From NCBI GenBank assembly GCA_018398765.1, contig JAHBMJ010000400.1:1-48673 (forward strand): 48,673 nucleotides of DNA. Direction: 5' to 3'. The translations under genes were made by a program, and so were the position numbers. How positions within the stretch are numbered: position 1 is the stretch's first letter; each line of letters starts with the position of its first letter. Below are positions 39,643-48,673 of this stretch, piece after piece. The stretch is from Chromera velia. Lineage: Eukaryota. The notes under the pieces are model-generated. The model saw only the letters and a list, made by a program, of their open reading frames with translations. It was not told the origin of the DNA and searched no databases.

Positions 39643-40902
39643 GATTGGCTAGTTCACTGTCAACCGTCTACCCAAACAATTGTCTGTCAGATCGAGACTC
39701 AAACGAACTCGCGTTCCTTTGCTGCTGTCGGCCTCGAACTTTCGATGCGCGAACGCTCCAATGGAGTCATCAGGAAGTCAATCTTCACTTGCGTATTAGT
39801 AATTACATCATTGCAGTCGGTTCACCCGAACCCACGCAAGAGATCGTAAGAGTCGGTTCATGATGCAACACGAGTGTCCAATTCTGCAACAGCTATATAG
39901 GGCGGAGTGTCAAAATCTGCAACACATGCAGTGCTCTTCGTATAATCGCATGTGGGAAGTTCGGCCCTGATATAGGTCCGAAGTGGCCCCGGAAAGCGAA
40001 GCGGGGGGCACTTAGGAAACAATTCCCCTGCATGAGCCCACACATGCATACATAGCGTCAAAAAAAAACCCCAGAAAGCTCTGCTTGGCTCAGAAAAGCG
40101 TCAAAACCACCATGGCCCCGGAATAGTCTGGAAACTGAGGCGGGGCCGCGGAGGGCACTTACCAAACCATCGTCTGTATCTTTTCGTGCTTTGAAAGAGC
40201 TCACATGTCTCAACCGGTGGTAAATTTAATTCTTGCTTTCCAGGGCTATTCACAAGCTTGCTTACCCCACATATCAGTGTTCCGCACCGCCTCACGCGAT
40301 TGCGTCTGCATACAGCCTCATATTAATAATTGTGTCAAACTAGATCTGCCCGTAATGTATAGGGACGCGGCATACATAACATAGCATAACAAAAACTTCT
40401 AGAATCCTCCAGACATAAATCCTAGTCGATCCAAATCGCTACGGAGTGTGGTGCAGTGGCTAGCTTATTGTACGGGGCTCATATGGTATAAGAAGTTCTG
40501 TTATGCAAGGTTACTACTTCCAGGTACTCCCTTACAGACTTTCATACGAAGGTTTGACTCACTGCTGACTGCATACATGCGCGTAGCTTAATTGCATGGA
40601 TGCAAATACGCTCGAACTGCGCGTATCTCGATACGGCCTGACATGCTGCTTCGCGTACCGTTGCACGGCTGGCTAGCCTCACAACGTTACGTACCACCTC
40701 CCCCCTGAAGCCACGTCTATGCTGGCTTACATGGAGAACGCAAGTGAATCTTCTTATGCAACTCTTTTGGGCAATGGAGTTGTGATCATTGATTAGATCA
40801 TCGCTTTCCCTCACCTGCGGGGTCGTGGAAAATCAAAGATGGCTTTTCTTTTCTTTTCTTTCGACTCTCTCTCATTTCTGTTTTTAGAATTTCCTTTACC
40901 AT

Positions 40903-41083
40903 CTTTTCTGTGGTTTTTCCTCTCTTTCATATCATCGAATCATAGTCCACTCCAATCAAACAATCACAACAGTTACTCCCAACCACCATCCATATTTTTT
41001 CTGTAGTTTTTCCTCTCTTTCATATCATCGAATCATAGTCCACTCCAGTTAAACAATCACAACAGTTACTCCCAACCACCATC
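40903..41083. repeat. Tandem duplication of ~90 bp inside the LTR element
   Basis: TTTTCTGT-GTTTTTCCTCTCTTTCATATCATCGAATCATAGTCCACTCCA...CCCAACCACCATC occurs twice. Confidence 0.92.
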
Positions 41084-41257
41084 TGTACTGACTCCACCAT
41101 ATACCTAGTGCACATGCCCCCTCCCCCTTCAAGGCCGCGTCCACGCTTGGTCAGAGAGAGTGTGACGCGCATGAGGACAACTGTTACAACAAAGAAAAAA
41201 AAAATCAGACGCAAAAGGGTGGAAAACATATACATCGGCTAAAAATTGTTCCTTCAA

Positions 41258-43137
41258 TCACGGAGTCCACTGGATGCCATAGTACTGCATCTCCCAATCG
41301 GTTGGCCCCACAATCACCCCTGGCTTTTCCCCATCTGTTTGATCCAAGTCTCCGTTAGCTTGGTGCTGCTGCTCTGATGGAGGTTGTAGACTGATAGAAG
41401 ACTGCGCTGGAGTGCGGGCAGTCCGCACGCTCCTCATCTGCCGCACTGCAGGTCTCACTTCCGGCATACACGGCATCACACTCCCTCCATTTCTATATAT
41501 CTCCCTGTAAAATGTCTTCCCTGTCTGCCCACACCCACGACGTGCCAAAAATGCATCCCAGTCTGCAGTGCCGATTCCCTGAACATTTGAGATCAAGTCT
41601 TCCCTTCCCAACCAAAAACAAAAAGACACATCCTTCCAATACTCATGCTGGAGCGGATCACGCGGTGGGACTGGCGTCTTTGGTTTTCTATGGGCTGCTC
41701 GCCTTCTCTCTTTCTCTTTGTTCTTCACCTCCGTTCTCTCTTGCTGACGCCTGGCCTGACGAAACGGTGTCAATCCATCAGAAGAGACTGCTGGTCCCTC
41801 CACTCCCTCACTGATTGGAGGCAGAAGGGACCAAGGGCTGTCCGTCTCCTTCGTTTACCTCACAGCCAGCATTTCCCTTTCGTGCTTTTCCTGCCTCTTT
41901 CTCTCTCTCTTTTCTTGGCGCTTTTGTTTTTGTTTCTCTGCTTTCCCCGGACTCCCACCCCCAAAGTTATTTCCCTGCCCACCTGTCTCCAAACGATTGA
42001 GCTGCGGAAATGGGCTATGTAGTCTCTCAGACTGGCAGTGGATTTGCTCTCTCAATTCCTAACTCCCAACTCCATACAATGACTCAAACAAGCCCTTCCC
42101 CACACCTTCTTCGTCTTTCTTACTCCTTTCGATCCGGCACAGCTCCATCGGAGCGGGCTCATTCATTTGACCATCCCCTCCGGCAGGAGCCATCCCAGGG
42201 GAGCTCTGACCGAAATCAAAAGTCGTCCGAGGCGTCACAAAGAACACGCCCCCATCGGTATTGACAATCCTACTCCCCTTTTGCACTTCCCACGTCCTTC
42301 TGCCTTCTTTCTGGAACGACTGACTGAAGTCAAACGTCATGCTTGGAGTCTTAGCGAGTGTGGCTCCCACAGAGCTCACAGGGACACTCCCTTCTCGCAC
42401 CCCAGACACCTGCACATCTGTTTGCTGCTGCGACTGATTGGAAACGCCCGACTGCGCACAGCCGTGCGATCTTATGCGAACACCGCCATCACCCAGAGTT
42501 TCTTCGACCCAATCCACATCCCCCTCTCTCATACGGAATTCCTTCTCTGGGGTACTTGGTGGAATAATTCTTCTCTCTCTCTCTCTGTCCCTCACTCAGG
42601 CCTCCTCCATTGTTGCGAGCGTCCAGAAGAATTCGAGTGATTGCTGCCAAAACCTCGCCTGCTCGCTTTACCTCTCTCTCTACTTCGATTTGTATTTCCA
42701 TGTGCGCCTGAAGCCTTGCGCATGCCTTCAGAGAAGATGTCTCTGGGCTGCTGGACTTTCTGTTTCCTCCCTCTCCCTGCTGAACCTTTTGGGCAACCAG
42801 TATTACAGTGCTCAGATGATTGCTGAGACTGCGTTTGCTCTGCCACTTTTTTCTTCCAGGCCGCCTCTGTTAACCTGCGACTTCTGCGAGTTTTCGGTCT
42901 GCCCGTATCGGTGTGTCGAGTCGCATGTTGGACTGCACTCTGCTTCTCAGAAATCCCAGTTGGTGGACCAGACGGTCTACTGGCTCCTGTGGACTCCAAG
43001 AGTCGCTCTGCAATCTCAAACCCTTCCTTCAAGAGGCTCTCACCGTTCGCTTGCACTTCTCCGGATGGAATGTCCTTAAATTTTTGAAGTTCACATACAA
43101 GCGAAAGAAAATTTCCGAAACGTTCCCAGATCGACAT
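41258..43137 (-). pseudogene. Decayed ~620-codon ORF of unknown function inside the non-autonomous LTR element
   Basis: ORFs 42059-42595, 41855-42055 and 41258-41803 share one frame, separated by single TAG and TAA stops. ORF 42592-43137 joins by one frameshift near a (GA)n tract. Confidence 0.55.
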
Positions 43138-43910
43138 GACCGACGTGCTGCTGAAGACTTCTGAGAACTTTCACAAGACAAAGCAATGAACTCGTACTTT
43201 CTGTTTATTGCAGTGGTCGCGTGCGTAGTCAGTGCAAGCTGTGTGAAGCTGCAAAGAGACCTCGCACTGTCAGACAGAGAATGTGTTCACGACGCGAGAC
43301 GGACGGTCTGCAAACTCCATTGAGGCTGATCGTTTCGTTCTGCTACCACGCTACGGAGTGTGGTGCAGTGGCTAGCTGATGCACAGGGCTCATTTGGTAT
43401 AAGAAGTTATGTCATATAAGGTTCTTACTTCTAGGGACTCCCTTACAGACTTTCATACGAAGGCTTGACTCACTGCTGACTGCATGCATGCGCGTAGCTT
43501 AATTGCATGGATACAAATACGCTCGAACTGCGCGCATCTCAATACGGCCTGACATGCTGCTTCGTGTACCGTTGCGCGGCTGGCTAGCCTCACAACGTTA
43601 CGGATGCTACTTTTGGTTTTACAAGTCGATCCGTATGAAGCATGCAGAGCCGTTTGCGATCTTTGTTACTCACTGTGTACGCCTGTTTCTGTGTGAACGC
43701 GACCTTTTCTTCTTCTGTTCGAGTCTTCTATTGTCACCTCCAACGCGCATGCTGCTCGTGGGCTCACCAAGCGAACACTTCAGGGGATTTCGCGCTTAGC
43801 CTTATCTCTAGAGTTGAGTGATTGATGATCTCTTGCATGAACATGGGCTGCTGGGAGTGGCTCCACTCTAGCAAAGCCAACTTCATTCATTCACATAAAA
43901 TAATGTTTTA

Positions 43911-44856
43911 ATGAATGATTTTTATGGAATTGAATTTCGTGTTCCCTCCTTTTTCATCTCTGGCCTTTGCCCGATACGGGCTCTCTTGACAGAAAGAGTG
44001 GGGGGATTTTTACGCAGCCTCTCCTTAACATCCCACTGTATGCCAGCCGGATTTTTAGATCTTTGCAAGGATGGCTTTTATGGAGAATGGTCGAGCTCTG
44101 TTAAGCTGTTGGTGAGACCTTTTGCTCCTGAATTCTTCTCTGATGCAGGGGTGTACTCAGGCTTGGGTGAGAAAACAGCAATAAAAAGAAAGCTTGCTGT
44201 CAAAGGATGTCAAAGGGAGAGGTAGGGAGGCACAAGAATGGTTGGATGACTGGTCTGTCGCAACCTCCCATTCTCTGCAGAAAGAGGGCCGGCAGGATAG
44301 GGGAGGGCAGGCAGGATGGGGGGGTGTTTTCCCCAATGGAGTGAGGCCTTCGGTCTTCCAAATTGAACATTCGTCTAAACAGTGCTTGGCCTATCTTGTC
44401 ATAAGAGGATGGACCGGCTCAAGTGGGCGGCGAGTTCCTACTATGGTTCAACCTCTCCCTAGGAGGCTGCTCTGTTTGGAGGCCAATGTTAAGCCAATTG
44501 CCTGTGCACTGCTGGGGGGGGGAGGGGGAGTTTCAAACGGGGAGGTAGAGTCTGTCTGCGAGCACTACCCCCTTGACATACATAGATGGGGTAATTTGAA
44601 TGATGTTGTTCACAAGTGGATAGAATACAAAGGGACGGAAATGGAAAGAGGACGCATGGATAGGCTTTTAGAGGAAGGAAGAGACGTACACTCTGAGTCG
44701 GACTTGATCGTGTGGGCACAACAGATGGCAAAACAACAGTTAGGATGGGCGGTGTGCGAGAACGAAAAGAAAGTAAGCGAGATTTTCATACTCCTTCTCG
44801 AGAAACACCCTGTTGCCGGCGCACGGACAATTTCAGCTTGCCTTCGTAAACGGTAA
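43911..44856 (+). mobile_element. Probable relic 3' part of a LINE ORF2 (degenerate C-terminal CCHC knuckle)
   Basis: IACALL...EVESVCEHYPLDIHRW resembles the C..C...E...EH....C knuckle after LINE RT domains. Frameshifted, intronless; no RT motif seen. Confidence 0.35.
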
Positions 44857-46371
44857 AGTCCTAGGGTAAAGTCTTGATCCGATTGCCTCTAGATGCTTGT
44901 TTCCTGTTTTTCTCCATTTAGGTGTATGGGGTGGGTTCAGAGCTAGAATGTAATAGAGAAAGAAACGTGAAACGTGTGGGGAGGGATGTGCTCGAGCTCG
45001 CATGGGCATGGGGGGGCGGGGCGCTCGTATCTGCGTGGCTTGGATATAGCTTTTTTGGGTGGTCTCTCTATTTTTCTCTTTCTCATCTTCTTTTCATCTC
45101 TTCTCTTTTCTTTCTCTTTCTTTTTCTTGTCTGGTTTTTTACTCATAATTTCACTGCCTCAAAAATAGATTGGGCCCTACGGAGTTGACCTTTGGTCTCA
45201 CTGAAGGATAGGAGAGACTGATAGGACTACCATAGGTACCGTACTCCAGTCAGCTTAGTCAGCCCCAGGGAAGCGAAGTCACTATGCCTGCGTCTCGTCT
45301 GATTCTCATTTGATCTTGTGTGTATTGCTTCTTCACTGCTGACTGTCCATTGTACTGAGCAGCCAAGCCTTTCCTCAGGAGTCGGTATCCAGAGAAGTGT
45401 TCCATAGGGTTCCTACCCTATAGTCTGCACTCCTTACCATTTCTCAGTCTGACATGAACGTGTTCTTTTGCTTCTCTTTTTTGGTCTCCCTTTCTGGCTT
45501 TGTCTTCCCTCTTGGTCGTTTCCCCTGCCACTGTAAGTCTATTCCGATGCAAGTGATTTTTAACCCTGGTTGCTTAAAGGTGGAGCTACCCTCTGTTTCT
45601 ATTTCCATTTCTGCCCTAGCTAGGCTTTGATCTATACAAATGCCCCAGTGGGGCCTAGGTTAAGGGATTGAATCTATGCAGGAAATACTAGGTTGGCCAA
45701 AGCCTATATGGCTCACCGGTTTTGATCTCATATATCATAGTATATTCCCTGCAAGTAGCTAGCATTTATTAATCGGGATCTAAGCTAGGATCTAAGGCTA
45801 TGATTTTAGAGAGTTTTATAGGATTTTAACTATACACATAAGATTTTACTAAATTTTATGAGATTTTAGCTATAGAAATCTAGTGGACTATTACATTTTC
45901 AATACTTCTAGTCACAACTAGAACTTATAAAAAAATATGAATACTTGACGATCAATTTCTTGAGAACTATGATGAGCTTAAAATTGATATTAATAGTATT
46001 TGTATAGTCCTATATCAATGAAGAACAGCGAGAGAGAAGAAACAGTGCAGAAAACAAGAATTGATAAAAAGAGCTAGACACTCCTGCCCTCTCTCTCCCG
46101 GTTCTCACGGAGTCGCACCACGGAGTAGCTACGAAGAAGGCGCTGCCAGACGCCTTCCTTTCATCCTTCTACAGTTATCTAAGGCAGCCTCCTCTTGTCA
46201 TTCATTCATTCATTGCAAGATACATACAACAAACACCAGGCAGGCAGAGTCTGCACAGGCGCTGCTTGATCGATCTGCATCTGTAAGCTGGAACGCAAAC
46301 GTCGGAGGATTTGGAGTCTCTCGTCCCATTCCTTCTCTCTCTCTGCCTCTGCTTTCATACTAGCTCCTTTT

Positions 46372-46413
<42 letters not shown>

Positions 46414-46480
46414 CTTGCTCTATGTGTATGTATGTATGTGTGTGTGTGTATATATGTGTGTGTATATATGTATGTGTGTG

Positions 46481-46513
<33 letters not shown>
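46372..46513. repeat. (TC)n plus (TG/TA)n microsatellite
   Basis: Directly visible. Confidence 0.92.
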
Positions 46514-46514
<1 letters not shown>

Positions 46515-48673
46515 ACACTGTGTATGCATGCGCGCATGTGCATGAAGGATTTGTCTGGGCAGGATGAATTGAATCAGCTGCGGCATACAGGAGGTCGAAT
46601 TCGGTTTTCTCTTAAATTCTCAATATTTCTTCGTGTTCGTCGGCTGTTTTGAAATTTTTTGTGCATAAGACTAGGTGCGTGGAACGGCATGGAAGTGGCT
46701 GCATGACTGGACCAACAAAACAATTGAAGCATGTAAAACAAAAACGAGTCAAAGATAGGGGGGTGAGTGCGCACTTTAGGAAGGAACACGCATATCTGTG
46801 AAAGAGAAAGAGGGAACATTGGATTCAACACAAAGAGGAGGAAAGGAGGCTTTCGGACCGATGTCTTCTATTCTCTTCTTCTTCTTCTGCTGATGCCTCA
46901 CCGGCTTATACAAAAATCAGAAACAAAAAAAAATCGAGCATTCCGAATAAGTGACACGTCTGAATAGTATGTAGGTCTTAGGTGATTTCTTATCCACCCC
47001 CTTGTCTGCTGTTCCAATTGCAGATGACAACATGACATAATAACCATGAGAGAGCAGCCACACGGGAGCCAGCGACGGTCGGTCGTGCGAGGAGCACTCT
47101 TGTCGCTTGTCCCTTGTCTCCCCAAATTAAGTGCTTAATTTATCATTAAATTTTCTTCCTTCCCCGTCTGCCTGGCTCTGTACAATCACTCCTCCAGATC
47201 TTTTAATCACACTCACTCACTTACACATGCATAAAAGCGCGAACACACCCTCCTCTTATCCATCAACCACCCCCACACACTCCTCCGTCATCTCCATTCT
47301 CTCACACCCAGGCAGACCGCCGACCAAAGGAGAAGGAAGGACGGAATGAAGAAAGAAAAAGCCGGAAGAGCAAAAAACAAACACAACGAAACGAACAGTC
47401 AAACACCTGATCAAACCGGCTCTTTCCTTCTTCTACCTTCTTGGTGTCCGACTGAAGACAGCTCCCTTCATATCCAGCTTCTCTCTCTGCTGCGCGCTCA
47501 CTGAGTCAGACAGAGACACGCCCTCCCCTCCCCCCCTCCTCCTTCCAACTGCCTCCAACCGGGCGGCTCCCTCTGACGTTGTGCCGCAGCACTTACCAGC
47601 TTCTTCCATCCCTGTAGTTTGTATGGAGGTGCAAGAATCAACTAACGCGAATTAAAGTGTCAAATTTACACCGTCAGCGTTCAGGCTGTCTTGCAAAATA
47701 CTACAAACTCCTGATCGAAATAATACAAAAAACGGCAGACAGTGAGGAAGAAACAGAGACTAAATGGACGGAGAGGAAAGAGACACGTCCCATATACACA
47801 AATTAACTAAGTCTCCAAGCTGGGGGCAGAAATGGGCCTATGCAGACGGGCGGCACCTTCAATCTGGTCAAAGACCGTGCATGCATGGCCGGGATAGGAT
47901 AAAAGAGATTGATTCTCTTTAATTCAGTGTCCAGATGAAAGATCAAGGGCGGAGTTAGGTCATGCATGATGAAAAACATGCAGACTGAACGACCGACTGA
48001 TATACTGACAAGTGAAAGTGGTGACGTCGGCGCCGATCAAGGCAAGGGAGACCTCCAGTAGGGCTTTCAGGTCGAAAGACTTGGGCAAGTCTGCGCAGTG
48101 AGGCTTCAGCTGCCCTGTGTCGCTGCAAAAGAAACAGGGTCGACATACATGCATGAAGGCCGGATATGCCATGCATGGAAAGGCTGCGATGCAGTCTGCA
48201 TGAATGCAATCAAGTTCCGTTCTGTCTTGCAGTTACTGCCTTCGCTAGCTCTCTTCGCTGTATGATTGAATTTAATTGTTTTTTCATTTACTGTTGGCGC
48301 CCGGGCTGCCTCTACTCATCCGGTATGCACGATAAACATCAATGATGTGGGACTGATATCTAATCAGAGACTGCTAAATATCTATCAGTGGCGGCTTTCT
48401 AGAGCTATAAGAAGAATAGGTATTCTTTGGACACAGGGACTTCTGAGAGTGCACACACACAGTTAGACTCTGTTAATTAGTCTGCCTTGCTGTTGACATC
48501 TGCACTGCTATAACAATGACGTCATCAATCGATCGAACAATCAGGCACAGAAACGGAACCATCGTATATCGGTCACGAACGTCAATTGTATTGACGTACG
48601 CGTGGTCTCAATATAAACCCCTGCCCTTGAATTTTGCTATGGGAAAAAAAAATGTGGGGGCCTCCAATACAGA

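Larger units (their letters stand above)
40437..43602 (-). mobile_element. Non-autonomous LTR retroelement (TRIM/LARD-like) with ~255-bp LTRs and no recognisable gag/pol
   Basis: Direct repeats 40437-40691 and 43349-43602. PBS TGGTAGCAGA (tRNAiMet; plus 43339-43348) abuts the right LTR. PPT AGGGGGGAGGTGGTA (plus 40692-40706) abuts the left LTR. No TSD found. Confidence 0.88.

Noticed and set aside
46060..48210. Possible minus-strand spliced gene (exon-like stretches near 47400-47500 and 48010-48122)
   Set aside because: Splice-like signals are present but the frame is ambiguous and no family is recognisable.

Overview
Eukaryotic nuclear DNA: microsatellite-rich, with spliceosomal GT-AG introns and one 340-nt assembly gap. 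It is probably an alveolate or chromerid-like protist (frequent TGCATGCA motifs, signal peptide plus Phe-leader proteins), but that assignment is inference only. Genes I could reconstruct: an intronless 461-aa transglutaminase/papain-like protein, a secreted unknown protein, a divergent protein kinase with a 16-aa tandem repeat, a TMEM184/OST-alpha-like gene that may be decayed, a 6-exon mtRF-R/C12orf65-type release factor with GGS in place of GGQ, and two spliced secreted proteins. Mobile DNA: a full-length decayed Ty3/Gypsy chromovirus (6055-13296, TSD CTTTA) with a 1015-bp DNA element (9-bp TSD) nested in its chromodomain, two palindromic MITE-like elements, two LINE relics, and a 3.2-kb non-autonomous LTR element with CG...CG termini carrying an unrecognised decayed ORF. 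The most notable signals are the GGS release factor, a transition-only CpA-rich mutation pattern in the Gypsy LTRs that resembles RIP, and the non-canonical LTR element. All alignments and translations were done by eye.
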